Origin: an uncultured Eubacteriales bacterium
GTDB taxonomy: Bacteria > Bacillota > Clostridia > TANB77 > CAG-508
Direction of reading: 5' to 3'
Assembly: GCA_948468315.1 (NCBI GenBank)
Contig: CAOKHL010000004.1
Location: 19,314-83,313, forward strand
DNA length: 64,000 nt
Of this stretch, positions 10,428-20,695 are shown piece after piece. A model generated the notes under the pieces. The model was not told the origin of the DNA. It did no database searches and was given only the letters and a program-made list of their open reading frames with translations. Both the position numbers and the translations under genes were made by a program. Positions within the stretch are counted from its first letter, which is position 1, and each line of letters opens with the position of its first letter.

Positions 10428-11344
10428 AGTTCTCTATCTAAAAATGCATACAATAATCTTTCCATACTACCTATTGATGAATGTATTATTTCTGCATTCT
10501 TTCCTTTCACTTTTATATTAAAAATCTTAGAAGTTCTATAATCTACTTGTACAGTAGATAACTGAATAAAATCATTATTGCTGTCTTTATAAACATACTT
10601 AAATTTTGATTCCCAATACTTTATAGAACTAGGTACAACATTAATAATAATATTATTCTTTAATTCTTTTGCAATATTGCATATCTTTTCTTTACTATTA
10701 TTATACTCTTGTTCAGATATTCTTAATGCAATGAAATATGGTATTTGTATTTTTTTTAGTATTTTTTCATAAAGTTTTAAGTGTTTCAAAACTTCTTTAT
10801 ATGTATCTTTTCCCATAAAGCAATGTATATCTGGCAGATAGAAAGAGGTAGGTCTTTTTAATACATCTCTCTTCTTATCCTCAATTCTATAACATCTAGC
10901 AAATTCATACACTCTTAATGGTATATCCTCTTCTTCGAACTCTTTTCCTTCATAAGCAGAAAATACACCAAAATCACTTGCAGGCGATAATATATATCCT
11001 TCATTACAATTAAATTTTTCTAATCCAAAAAGTTTTTGTAATTCTTCTAGTTTATCATTACTTTTTATAACTTCTGGTGTCTTTATTTCTTGAATTTTTA
11101 AATTAGATTTTATATTTTCTTCTATAATATTTTTTAAATAATAGAATTTTTCTAAATTATCCTCTTTATATATAGGAGTATAATCAATATCTTGTATATC
11201 AATTTTATTGCATGCATTTCTTTCTTCACTGTTATAAAAATTATATACATCTTTATCCGAATTTATTTCATTAATTTCGACATCATTTTCTTTTCCAATA
11301 TCTGAAATTAATTTATAATAACCTACCATAAAAAATTCCTCCAT
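10424..11344 (-). CDS. class IIa aminoacyl-tRNA-synthetase-like ligase, catalytic core only (HisZ/aa:carrier-protein-ligase-like)
   Basis: Motif 2-like PLRVYEFARCYRIEDKKRDVLKRPTSFYLPDIHCF and motif 3-like HSSIGSMERLLYAFLD; 306 aa, no anticodon-binding domain. Confidence 0.4.
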   Translation of the reverse strand: MEEFFMVGYYKLISDIGKENDVEINEINSDKDVYNFYNSEERNACNKIDIQDIDYTPIYKEDNLEKFYYLKNIIEENIKSNLKIQEIKTPEVIKSNDKLEELQKLFGLEKFNCNEGYILSPASDFGVFSAYEGKEFEEEDIPLRVYEFARCYRIEDKKRDVLKRPTSFYLPDIHCFMGKDTYKEVLKHLKLYEKILKKIQIPYFIALRISEQEYNNSKEKICNIAKELKNNIIINVVPSSIKYWESKFKYVYKDSNNDFIQLSTVQVDYRTSKIFNIKVKGKNAEIIHSSIGSMERLLYAFLDREL

Positions 11345-11346
11345 GA

Positions 11347-12321
11347 TTATCTTTCTACTTGCATATTATTAATATCTGTTTTTTTTTCATCTTTTCCTGT
11401 TTCTATAATTCTTAAATGTCCTTCTATTAGTTCAAAAAAAGTGTGAGTATTACCAAAAGGTTTACTTTTTTCTATATCTCCTATTCTATTTCTTACTAAA
11501 AAAGCCATTACATTTAATGATGAAAGCACTCCATATATACTTAATTTTCTTTTTTGAGATTCAGTAGCTTGCATATTTTCCATTAACTTATCATATATTA
11601 TTGTACCATATGAATGTGCTACTAATTCACCTAATCCCATATTTAATGGTGCACTGACTATTGCCCCTGGGTCAATTATCTTTATTTCACCTCGCTCAGT
11701 TATCATTATATTCTTAAAATTAGAGTCTATTGGTGTTACACATGAATATCCTTCATCTAGAAATTCTGCATTTTCTTCTAATAATGTATATGGTAGTGAT
11801 GATATTTTTCTTGTTTTTTTATTTAAAAATAATGTTTCTGTTGTTGGAAATTGATATTCATATAAATATTTTAAATAACTATCATATTTACCTTCTAAAT
11901 CATTTTCTAAATTTCCATATTTATTTGTTCTTATTCTTGAAACTATGCTAAAATAATTTAACATTGCTCTTGCTACTCTGTTCGCTAATTCTTCTGAAAC
12001 TTCATTATTTTCTAACATTTCTGCTAGTGTTTTTCCTTTGACTTCTTCAAAAATAGCAAATCTTGTTTTATCATCTGTTGCAAAATTAGAATACACTAAA
12101 TTTTTTAAATACTTTTTTCCCTCTTCTGGCATTTTTTCGTATAGCATTACTTCATTATCTACATGTGTTGCATTATTTTGATAAAATTTAGCAAAATATG
12201 TCTTGTCATCTTTTTTATATTTTATAACAATATTGTTAGAACTTGATACAAGTTCTACATCTGAAATTTTACCTTGTACGCTTGTCTCTATTTTAGCAAC
12301 GTAGTCATTTATACTACTCAT
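11347..12321 (-). CDS. protein-kinase-like phosphotransferase (aminoglycoside/small-molecule kinase fold)
   Basis: PIDSNFKNIMITERGEIKIIDPG catalytic-loop/DFG-like arrangement. Confidence 0.4.
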   Translation of the reverse strand: MSSINDYVAKIETSVQGKISDVELVSSSNNIVIKYKKDDKTYFAKFYQNNATHVDNEVMLYEKMPEEGKKYLKNLVYSNFATDDKTRFAIFEEVKGKTLAEMLENNEVSEELANRVARAMLNYFSIVSRIRTNKYGNLENDLEGKYDSYLKYLYEYQFPTTETLFLNKKTRKISSLPYTLLEENAEFLDEGYSCVTPIDSNFKNIMITERGEIKIIDPGAIVSAPLNMGLGELVAHSYGTIIYDKLMENMQATESQKRKLSIYGVLSSLNVMAFLVRNRIGDIEKSKPFGNTHTFFELIEGHLRIIETGKDEKKTDINNMQVER

Positions 12322-12913
12322 TTTTTAAAACCTCCTTTTCTATTTCCTGAAAACTTTTTACTTGTTTTATAGGATATTTGATTTCTATTAAATTTTTCTG
12401 AACTAATTCAAAATTATCAAATAATAATGGTAGTGTAATTTTTTTATAAATCCCTTCAACTACTCCAACTCTATCATCTATGAATATATCTATTTGATTA
12501 TCTATTATTGTATTTATTTTTTCATTTTCACTCTCACATAAGAATATCTTATTAAAATATTTACCTATGTCTAATTCTTTTATTGATTCTTTTGCTGCTT
12601 TTTGACCATTATCTGATTTTCCTCTTCTACTTACTATATATAGTTCATATCCATTTTCTTTTAGTCTTTTTAATACTTCTATGCAATCTTTATCTAATAT
12701 TTTTGTAAAATTTCTAGCACTTGCCAAGTCGCCAATATGTTTTCTCATCTCTCTGTCGGGTACATATTCGTCAATTATATTTGATGACAGTTGCCAATCT
12801 TCAAAATCTTGATTATATACTTCTTTATATTTTTCTACTTTAAATGTTGTATTATCTAATATAACTCCATCTAAATCAAATCCTATTTTTTTTGTCTTAT
12901 TCTCCATTTCCAA
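12314..12913 (-). CDS. HAD-superfamily phosphatase
   Basis: N-terminal IGFDLDGVILDN motif I. Confidence 0.55.
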   Translation of the reverse strand: MEMENKTKKIGFDLDGVILDNTTFKVEKYKEVYNQDFEDWQLSSNIIDEYVPDREMRKHIGDLASARNFTKILDKDCIEVLKRLKENGYELYIVSRRGKSDNGQKAAKESIKELDIGKYFNKIFLCESENEKINTIIDNQIDIFIDDRVGVVEGIYKKITLPLLFDNFELVQKNLIEIKYPIKQVKSFQEIEKEVLKNE

Positions 12914-14165
12914 TATCTCCCCTGTAATAAATATTACCTTTAACTTTTTCTAGTTCTTTATATACAATATTTCTCGCTTCTTCTATGTTAGAAGCTGTAG
13001 CACAAATTGCAAATGCTCTACTATTTTTTAGATAATATTTTCCATCTTTATAATCCATATTTCCACAGTAAAATAGTTCTTCATTTATATTTGAGAAATC
13101 TACTTCTGTTCCAACATATTTTTTATTTAATGTATATTCTTTGGGAACAACATATGCTGATAAGCTTACTATTTTATCATCAAATATATTTTCTAATTCA
13201 TTTATTGTTCCATTTAAAATATGCTCACATAGTTGTGGAAAACTAATTTTCATAATAGATAATATATTCATTGATGATGGATTTCCAAATCTACAATTAT
13301 ATTCTATAACTTTTACTTCATCTTCAGAAACTAAAAATTCCCCATATAAACTTCCTAAATATTTTTGACCACACTTTTTATTAATTGTTTGCATTACTTT
13401 TTCTGTTATCTTATGCATTTTCTCTTCAGCAACCTTGCTTATATAAGGAAAACATTCACTTCCTGTTATTGTCCCCATTCCAGATGTATTTTCTCCTACA
13501 TTGCCTTCACCAATTCTTTTATGATTTTTAAATACTGGTGTATGTATTAAATTTTTACCATCTGTGTAGCTCATTATTGCGACTTCATGCCCATTTATAA
13601 ATTCTTCAACTATTATATGTCCATAATCTTTTATCCAGTTATTAGCATTCTCTAAAGCTTCTTTTTTTTCATCAATTTCATATATCCTAACTCGTGGTCC
13701 TGTTATTACACCATCACATTTTACTACAATTTTAGTTTCAAAACTATTAATATATTTTTCTAATTCATTTGAACATTCGTAAAAATCTCTGTGTTTAGGG
13801 TTTAATGTGTTGTCTATTTCTTCTAACAAATCTCTACAAAAAGTCTTTGACCCTTCCAGTTGTGCAAGTTTCTTTGTAGGACCGATACAAGGAATTTTTT
13901 CATTATTTAACATATCACATAATCCTCTTTGTATTACCTCTCCTTGTCCTATTACTACATAATCCGGCTTTATTTCTAATATTGCATGAAATACTTTATC
14001 TACATCATCTAAATTAATCTTTAAATATTTTCCTGTACACAATTTTTTTACAAACTCATTATCTGCCCACAATATTGCTGACAACTCATATCCTTCATCA
14101 TGAAATTGCTTTGCTATTGCATGTTCTCTTCCAGTTGCTCCTCCAACTAGTACAACTTTCTTCAT
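12897..14165 (-). CDS. PurD-like ATP-grasp ligase (phosphoribosylamine-glycine ligase paralogue) outside a pur operon
   Basis: VLVGGATGREHAIA, KIVVKCDGVITG, HKRIGEGNVGENTSGMG match PurD signatures; 422 aa. Confidence 0.55.
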   Translation of the reverse strand: MKKVVLVGGATGREHAIAKQFHDEGYELSAILWADNEFVKKLCTGKYLKINLDDVDKVFHAILEIKPDYVVIGQGEVIQRGLCDMLNNEKIPCIGPTKKLAQLEGSKTFCRDLLEEIDNTLNPKHRDFYECSNELEKYINSFETKIVVKCDGVITGPRVRIYEIDEKKEALENANNWIKDYGHIIVEEFINGHEVAIMSYTDGKNLIHTPVFKNHKRIGEGNVGENTSGMGTITGSECFPYISKVAEEKMHKITEKVMQTINKKCGQKYLGSLYGEFLVSEDEVKVIEYNCRFGNPSSMNILSIMKISFPQLCEHILNGTINELENIFDDKIVSLSAYVVPKEYTLNKKYVGTEVDFSNINEELFYCGNMDYKDGKYYLKNSRAFAICATASNIEEARNIVYKELEKVKGNIYYRGDIGNGE

Positions 14166-14182
14166 TAATCTTTTCTCCTCTC

Positions 14183-14845
14183 TTATAATTTCATTGCTCT
14201 CTCCATAATTAATTCATTCATTCTCTTTATTTTAGTATTTTTTAACTGTTCTTCAACATCTTTTATACAATTTTCTCCATAGCATCCCGCAATTTGCATA
14301 TTATTATAATGTTCTAAGTCTTTTATACTATTTACATCCAATACTTTTCCTGTCGAATGTTCTGTAAATATAACTTCTTTCACACTTCCAATATCATAAA
14401 ATTTATATGTAAATCTTGCAAAGCTATCTGGACTTTCAAATAATATAATATTACTATTAGAATTATTTAATATTTCCAATATCTTTTCTTCATAATCTAA
14501 ATAACATTTATAATATTCTGGAAATTGTATCAAAAAATTCGCATGTCTCAGTATTGGATAAAACGGATGTACTAGTATTATTATATTTTTATTCTCATGA
14601 TTCTTTCTTGTTTGTGTATATTGTAAAACTTCATTATATAATATACTATAAGGTTCTATTTCAAATTTTTTTATTTTTTGATATTCTAGGTCAGAAAATA
14701 CTTCAGGAATACAATTTTTATAATTAAATTCTTTTGGTATTCCCATTTTATCTAATATATCAATATACTTGTTAAACTTTTTCTGTTCAAATATTTCTTT
14801 TCTTTTTTCTATTATTATACTTTCTGCATTATTCATTTTACTCAT
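14183..14845 (-). CDS. hypothetical protein (possible Cys-hydrolase-like)
   Basis: 220-aa ORF in operon; QIAGCYGENC motif only. Confidence 0.3.
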   Translation of the reverse strand: MSKMNNAESIIIEKRKEIFEQKKFNKYIDILDKMGIPKEFNYKNCIPEVFSDLEYQKIKKFEIEPYSILYNEVLQYTQTRKNHENKNIIILVHPFYPILRHANFLIQFPEYYKCYLDYEEKILEILNNSNSNIILFESPDSFARFTYKFYDIGSVKEVIFTEHSTGKVLDVNSIKDLEHYNNMQIAGCYGENCIKDVEEQLKNTKIKRMNELIMERAMKL

Positions 14846-15983
14846 ATTTTCCTTTTTTCATCAATTTATTATCTAATAAAACAAATTCTCCTAATGCTAT
14901 AACAGAATTAATATTATAATTCTCATCTAATACTATTATATCTGCATCTTTACCCTCTTCTATTTTACCTTTATTGTAAAGATTCAAAGCCTTTGCTGGA
15001 TTTACTGTTAATATTTTTGTAGCTTGGTCAATAGGTATTTTGTATTTTATTATTAATTCTTTTATAATTTGATGTAACCCTTTCATGGTATGTGCTGATA
15101 TTCCAGTACATACTCCATCTTTCCATATAGGCACAGAACCATTTGCATCTGATGATATTGTTAATTGTTCTGATAATCCTTTTTCAAACACTTTTAAGAT
15201 ATATTTAACACTTTTTTCTATATCTTTCCCTGCTGTTATATCTATATATGCTCCTTGCTTTGCTAAAATTAAAGCTTGTTCAAACACCTCATCATTGCAT
15301 GAAATGTGTGTTGGTCTAATCACATAAGCAGGTATATTAGTTTCTTTTAGAATTTCTAAAAGTATATCCATATTTCCTTTTCCCCATCCTACATGATAAT
15401 TAACACTCACTTTTTTGCCACTAATTAATCCCGCTACTCTTGTTTCCGACATTAATTTTATCAGTTCCTCCTTGTTAGGATTGTAACATCTATGGTCAGA
15501 AATTGCTATTTTAGTTCCTAATATTTCTTCTATAAATGTAATATCTTTTTGAATACTTCCTGTTATTGTTGGTGATGGATATTCATATCCACCTGTTAAA
15601 CAATATGCCGTTATTCCCTCTTCTTTTAGAGCCTTTGTTTTTGCCACCAAATTTTCAACACTTCTTGTTATAGTATCCGTTCCTAAAACTCCAATAACTG
15701 TTGTTACACCATTTGAAACTATTTCGCTAAATTTAATCTCAGGAACTCGTGAGGAGAAGCTACTTTCTCCTCCCCCTCCTGTTATATGCACATGATTGTC
15801 TATATATCCTGGAATTACATTTTTATTTTTTATATCTATTATAATAATATTATTAAATATTTCTTTTACTTCTTTTTCATTGACTTTTCCAATTTTTATT
15901 ATTTTTTTATTTTCTATTAATATATCGACATTTTCATTATTTAATAGGCAATTTTTTAATAATAACATTTTATTTCCTTCCAT
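14838..15983 (-). CDS. isoaspartyl (beta-aspartyl) dipeptidase-like amidohydrolase
   Basis: YIDNHVHITGGGGE matches the IadA signature; amidohydrolase fold. Confidence 0.55.
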   Translation of the reverse strand: MEGNKMLLLKNCLLNNENVDILIENKKIIKIGKVNEKEVKEIFNNIIIIDIKNKNVIPGYIDNHVHITGGGGESSFSSRVPEIKFSEIVSNGVTTVIGVLGTDTITRSVENLVAKTKALKEEGITAYCLTGGYEYPSPTITGSIQKDITFIEEILGTKIAISDHRCYNPNKEELIKLMSETRVAGLISGKKVSVNYHVGWGKGNMDILLEILKETNIPAYVIRPTHISCNDEVFEQALILAKQGAYIDITAGKDIEKSVKYILKVFEKGLSEQLTISSDANGSVPIWKDGVCTGISAHTMKGLHQIIKELIIKYKIPIDQATKILTVNPAKALNLYNKGKIEEGKDADIIVLDENYNINSVIALGEFVLLDNKLMKKGKYE

Positions 15984-15989
15984 TCATTT

Positions 15990-17018
15990 TTATGGTAATA
16001 TATTTTCTCCATTAAAACGTAAACATATTTGCATATTTCTAATATCATTACATTTTAATACCCACATCAAAAATCTTTCTATTCCCATTCCAAATCCTGA
16101 TGTTTGCATTGGAAATTGTTTTTTCATTTCTATATACCATTCATATTCTTCTGGTGAAACTTCATGTCTTTCTAGTGCTTTTAATAATTCTTCAGCATTT
16201 TTATGTCTTTCGCCACAACCTACTGTTTCTCCTATTCCCATTAATAAATCTGCATTCCTCGTAGTTCCTTTGATTTCTGTGTCTAATTTTTGATAAAATG
16301 GTACTGCTAATTCATCATAATTAGTAACCCATACTATTCCATCAAATATTTCCATTAAAGCTTTTTCACCTTTTCTTGTTATATTTCTCCAGCCATCTTC
16401 ATATTCAATATATTCTTCTATTTTGTTATTATACTTTTCTTTTAATTTTTTTTCTGCCTCGTCGAAAGTAACTTTTTTAAACTTGCCTTTATAATTAGCT
16501 ACCTTTTCAATATGACCTATATCTCCTAATGTTTCCTTTAATTGTACTCCCATTCGTTCTATAATTTTCTTTGATAAATATTTAATATATTCATCTACCA
16601 AATCCATAACATCTTCAAGTGTTCCTGGTATTTCAGCTTCACTATGATAAAATTGGCATAAATGTCTTTCATCTGCCTTTTCTCCTCTAAAAGATGGCAT
16701 TACATAATAACATCCATTATCTGTTAATCTACATCCATATTCTAACAAAAATTGCATTGAGTCAGCTAAATATGTTTCTACTCCCTCTAGTTCAATTTTT
16801 ACTGGTTTAGAATCGCTACCTCTTCCCATTGGACTTGAAATTGATCCAGTAGTTACTGGTAAATGTAATGTTATAATTTTCTTTTTTTCATAAAATTTCA
16901 TTGTTTCTTCTGTAATTAAATTCTGTAATTGTACTAATTGTTTGTACCATGTACTTCTTAATACCTCTATAAAATGTGTCTTTGGTTCTTTCCATGTGTT
17001 TGGTATAATGTCTTCCAT
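15990..17018 (-). CDS. AsnA-type ligase: class IIb (Asp/Asn) aaRS-like catalytic core without anticodon-binding domain (asparagine-synthetase-A-like)
   Basis: Motif 2 FRGEKADERHLCQFYHSEAE; motif 3 SGFGMGIERFLMW; 342 aa. Confidence 0.5.
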   Translation of the reverse strand: MEDIIPNTWKEPKTHFIEVLRSTWYKQLVQLQNLITEETMKFYEKKKIITLHLPVTTGSISSPMGRGSDSKPVKIELEGVETYLADSMQFLLEYGCRLTDNGCYYVMPSFRGEKADERHLCQFYHSEAEIPGTLEDVMDLVDEYIKYLSKKIIERMGVQLKETLGDIGHIEKVANYKGKFKKVTFDEAEKKLKEKYNNKIEEYIEYEDGWRNITRKGEKALMEIFDGIVWVTNYDELAVPFYQKLDTEIKGTTRNADLLMGIGETVGCGERHKNAEELLKALERHEVSPEEYEWYIEMKKQFPMQTSGFGMGIERFLMWVLKCNDIRNMQICLRFNGENILP

Positions 17019-17404
17019 CTCCTAACTCCTTTCTTTTATTGCTATATTTTATATATTCATATAAGAATAATATTATTTTTCTTACTATGATATACAAAAA
17101 AAGAACAAAATTTTACTACTTTGTTCTAAAAAAGGGCACATTGAAACTATAAAAATCATCATTTCTATTTTGTCTAAGTATCTCTACATTTGATTTATTC
17201 ATAGCACTATGCCCCCTTTTCTTACAATAATATCCAAATTATACCACCTTTTTTATCTTTTGTAAATATTTTATTTAAATTTTGCCATTTTTTGTATTTC
17301 TTGAATAAAATAAAGTATTGAAAATTTTTTAAGATATAGATTATATTCGTATTAAATGATATAATTTCATTAAATAAAATTTAATAAATTGAGGTAATAT
17401 TAAA

Positions 17405-18214
17405 ATGAGTAGAAAAATTATAGCAATTGGTGGCGGAGAAAATGGTAGACTTAAAAGCAATGGAATATATACTCCATATGAAACTAAACAAATTGATACG
17501 GAGATAATTAACATTACAGGGAAAAAATATCCTAATTTTTTATTTCTTGGTCATTCACAAAATAATATTAGTTCTGAAGAAAGTTATTTTCGTGTTATGC
17601 AGAATATATATGGAAATATTTTCGGATGTAAATGTCAAACTATCAAAAAACATGAATTAAAAGACAATATTCACAAAGTTCAAGAACTGATTAATTGGGC
17701 TGATATTATATATGAAGGAGGAGGCGATACTAAGGGAATGTTAGAACTTTGGTTTGAGACAGGTTTTGACAAAATTTTAAGAAATGCTTGGATGAATGGA
17801 AAAGTTATGTGTGGTATTTCTGCTGGTGCAAATTGTTGGTTTAGAACATGTAGTTCTGATTCCTTAAAATTGCAATTAAAAGATGATACTGCTCCTATGA
17901 TTAATGTAAACTGTTTAAATTTTGTCAATGCTTTTTTTACTCCTCATTGTAATATTGCAAATGAAAATACAAATAGATTGCAACATATGAAAGAATCTTT
18001 AAAAGATAGTAACTTAATCGGTCTAGGTATGTCTAATTGTTGTGCAATAGAAATTATTGACGATAAATACAGATTGTTAACTGAAGATGCTTCTAACTAC
18101 AATATAGAATCTTATGGTATAAAAACGTATTGGAAAAATAATAAATATGTAGAAAATTATATTGACAAATCAGATACATATAAAAGTCTATCGGACTTAT
18201 TAATTAAGAATTAA
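17405..18214 (+). CDS. peptidase S51 paralogue (dipeptidase E-like)
   Basis: IAIGGGENG...IYEGGGDT...CGISAGANCW. Confidence 0.6.
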   Translation: MSRKIIAIGGGENGRLKSNGIYTPYETKQIDTEIINITGKKYPNFLFLGHSQNNISSEESYFRVMQNIYGNIFGCKCQTIKKHELKDNIHKVQELINWADIIYEGGGDTKGMLELWFETGFDKILRNAWMNGKVMCGISAGANCWFRTCSSDSLKLQLKDDTAPMINVNCLNFVNAFFTPHCNIANENTNRLQHMKESLKDSNLIGLGMSNCCAIEIIDDKYRLLTEDASNYNIESYGIKTYWKNNKYVENYIDKSDTYKSLSDLLIKN

Positions 18215-18299
18215 AATAATATACTTGATATGTATTTTACAGAATCTCAAAAGATAGAGAATGTTTATTTTCTAAACTTCTCTATCTAAATTACTTCTA

Positions 18300-18635
18300 T
18301 TATTTTTTCTTTTTAATCATATCCATTTCTATCAAAAAGTTAAGCATTTCCTTTTTTCCTAGCTTAAAAGCCTCTATTAATTCTAATGTTGCTATATCAT
18401 CATGTAAATCTAAAACCCTTAATGCCATTTTCTTTTCTTTTTCTGTTAAATCTATTATTTGTTCATCTTCAATAAAACTTTGTACATTTTTATGTTTATC
18501 AAAAATTTTGCTGATTTGATTATACAAATTTTTGTAATCCTCTCGATTCATTAATTTTTTCTGCTTATATTCATCAAAATATTCTAAAAATCCACTTGCA
18601 GACTGATTTACAAAACTATTCATTAACTTTTCCAT
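18300..18635 (-). CDS. hypothetical protein
   Basis: 111-aa ORF. Confidence 0.3.
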   Translation of the reverse strand: MEKLMNSFVNQSASGFLEYFDEYKQKKLMNREDYKNLYNQISKIFDKHKNVQSFIEDEQIIDLTEKEKKMALRVLDLHDDIATLELIEAFKLGKKEMLNFLIEMDMIKKKK

Positions 18636-18722
18636 TATTCTCTCCTATTTTTGTTCATTTATTTTCAATTTTCGCCAAACATCTTTTATTTTACAAATAA
18701 TTCTTATTTCTTATATCATGTT

Positions 18723-19391
18723 TTATTGTTTTAATATTCTTTTTAAAATTATTTTCACATTCTCTTGAGTAATTGGTTTTTCTATGTATTCATTAAATCC
18801 AATTTCATTTACAAAAAAATCTCTTTCGCCTTTTGTTGCCGTGTGTAAAACAATAGGTATATTAAAATCTTTCAATTCTCTTAATTGCTTTAAGCAGTCT
18901 TCTCCGCTGCCATGCTCATACACTTTGTTAGTAAAAATAATATCATAATGTTCTCCATATCTTATTTTATTAACTACATCTTCGACAGTTGGCACAATAT
19001 CAACACAAAATCCTAAACTACGTAATACATTTTCTGTATTAAAGTATGATATAGGTAAATAATCTCCAATTAATGCCTTTTTTCCTTTATAAATTGGTTC
19101 TTTTTTTACCTTTCCACCACAGACATCAAAAGTATCAATTTTAGAATATATGTCATCTTCATATTTCATAATGATTTTTTTTAATTCTGTATTTTCCTTT
19201 ATATAATACTTATTTTTATCAATTGTTCTTATAAGTTCTTTTCTATTATTTAATAACTCTTGTGAACTTTTATTTTTTTGATAAATTAAATAATAAATCA
19301 AAGCAACTATTACAATAAAAAGGACAACAATAATACCATATAACATTATACTCACCTCCTTGTATAAAAAATCACTTGCTATATGTGTCAT
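18723..19391 (-). CDS. membrane-anchored receiver-domain protein
   Basis: N-terminal TM helix; C-terminal receiver-like DIIFTN...IVLHTA...EKP; true start probably the internal Met (MLYGIIVV). Confidence 0.4.
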   Translation of the reverse strand: MTHIASDFLYKEVSIMLYGIIVVLFIVIVALIYYLIYQKNKSSQELLNNRKELIRTIDKNKYYIKENTELKKIIMKYEDDIYSKIDTFDVCGGKVKKEPIYKGKKALIGDYLPISYFNTENVLRSLGFCVDIVPTVEDVVNKIRYGEHYDIIFTNKVYEHGSGEDCLKQLRELKDFNIPIVLHTATKGERDFFVNEIGFNEYIEKPITQENVKIILKRILKQ

Positions 19392-19475
19392 TTTGTCAAA
19401 CTTCCGATATAGTTATATGTTATAACTTTTTTAAACATAATACAATAGTAGTAAGTTAATGTCAATTTCAAGGGG

Positions 19476-19742
19476 GTGGCAAAGATTGTTACTAAAACAA
19501 GAAAAATAATAGCAAACAATATAGTCTATTTCAGAGTGAAAAAAGGTTGGTCACAAGAATACTTCGCTGAATTATTAGGGACGAGTTCAGGATATGTTTC
19601 AGAAATGGAACATGAAAAACGAAATATATCTAGTGATTATATAGACCATATAGCAAATATTTTCAAAATTGAGCCACACGAATTATTAATAAATCGTTTA
19701 CCCGTTGATAGTAGAAGAATAGCTAAGAGTAGCAAGAGATAA
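19476..19742 (+). CDS. XRE-family HTH regulator (GTG start)
   Basis: VKKGWSQEYFAELLGTSSGYVSEMEHEKRNIS; RBS aggggg. Confidence 0.55.
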   Translation: MAKIVTKTRKIIANNIVYFRVKKGWSQEYFAELLGTSSGYVSEMEHEKRNISSDYIDHIANIFKIEPHELLINRLPVDSRRIAKSSKR

Positions 19743-19871
19743 CTAGTACTTATCTCTTATTTTTTATAGCAAGTAAATTTATTATAGCATATTATTTAAC
19801 TTTTGAATATATATTCCGAATAAACAAACGGCTCTTAAATATTCCGCTTAAATGCTAGAATATATTAAGAG

Positions 19872-20117
19872 GTGAAAAATATGGATAGCATTATTGTATA
19901 TAAAGATTATGGTGATATAGAATTTGATATAAAAACTATTATGGAACAAAAAGGTATAACGATAAATCAAATCGTGAAAAAAACTGGACTACATCATCAA
20001 GTAGTAAAAAGATACTATGATGGAACTATTATAAGATATGATAAAGATGTTTTATCAAGATTATGTTTTGTTATTGGTTGTAATCTTAATGATATTATGC
20101 ACTATAAAAAACCATAA
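19872..20117 (+). CDS. small HTH DNA-binding protein
   Basis: ITINQIVKKTGLHHQVVKRYY HTH-like. Confidence 0.4.
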   Translation: MKNMDSIIVYKDYGDIEFDIKTIMEQKGITINQIVKKTGLHHQVVKRYYDGTIIRYDKDVLSRLCFVIGCNLNDIMHYKKP

Positions 20118-20124
20118 ATGCAAC

Positions 20125-20180
20125 TTATTTAAAACTAAAGTCACAAGATTTAGGAGAGTTTGACTAGCAAACCCTCTTAT
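20125..20180. terminator. bidirectional terminator between convergent genes
   Basis: ggagagtttgac..caaaccctctt hairpin plus T-run. Confidence 0.4.
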
Positions 20181-20185
20181 TTTTT

Positions 20186-20695
20186 TCAATTAATTCTATC
20201 TACAATTTTCAATGGTGAATATGTGCAAATATAGCAAGGTCTTTTGGTATTTACAAATCTTTTAATATATTGTTTTGTTTCAATAATAATTATTATTCTA
20301 TCTGATTTTGATACTTCATCTAATTTATCAAATAAAGCATCTGTTTCTAGTTCTTTAATAGCAATAATATCATAACTATGATAATCTGTCTGCATAGATA
20401 TAGTTATAGGATGATTACCTTTTTTTACTTTCGCATTTCTGTTTAGGTAATGCATAACTACATCAAAAGCAACTACATTTCTGCTATTTACTGCCTGTTT
20501 ATTATTGTAATTTAAAATTTTAGTTTTGTTATCTCTAGTTATTACTTTATTTGCAATTAAACGATTAATATCTTTTTCTTCGCATTTGCATATTTTATAA
20601 ATATGTTCTTCTCTTAATGATTGAAAATCCCATAATAATTTTGCTATTTGTTTTTCTTTATCATTCACTAGCATCACTTCCAATCGTCTTAACAA
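20186..20695 (-). CDS. hypothetical protein (conjugative-element cargo)
   Basis: 169-aa ORF. Confidence 0.3.
   Translation of the reverse strand: MLRRLEVMLVNDKEKQIAKLLWDFQSLREEHIYKICKCEEKDINRLIANKVITRDNKTKILNYNNKQAVNSRNVVAFDVVMHYLNRNAKVKKGNHPITISMQTDYHSYDIIAIKELETDALFDKLDEVSKSDRIIIIIETKQYIKRFVNTKRPCYICTYSPLKIVDRIN

Noticed and set aside
13007-13550. Plus-strand ORFs (13007..13246, 13141..13368, 13365..13550) and many similar small ORFs opposite larger genes (e.g. 1049..1234, 15796..16293, 22807..23199, 35104..35460, 47849..48253, 58203..58568, 62865..63326)
   Set aside because: Low-complexity, Phe/Leu/Ile-rich translations typical of reverse-strand reading of AT-rich genes; each overlaps a well-supported gene.
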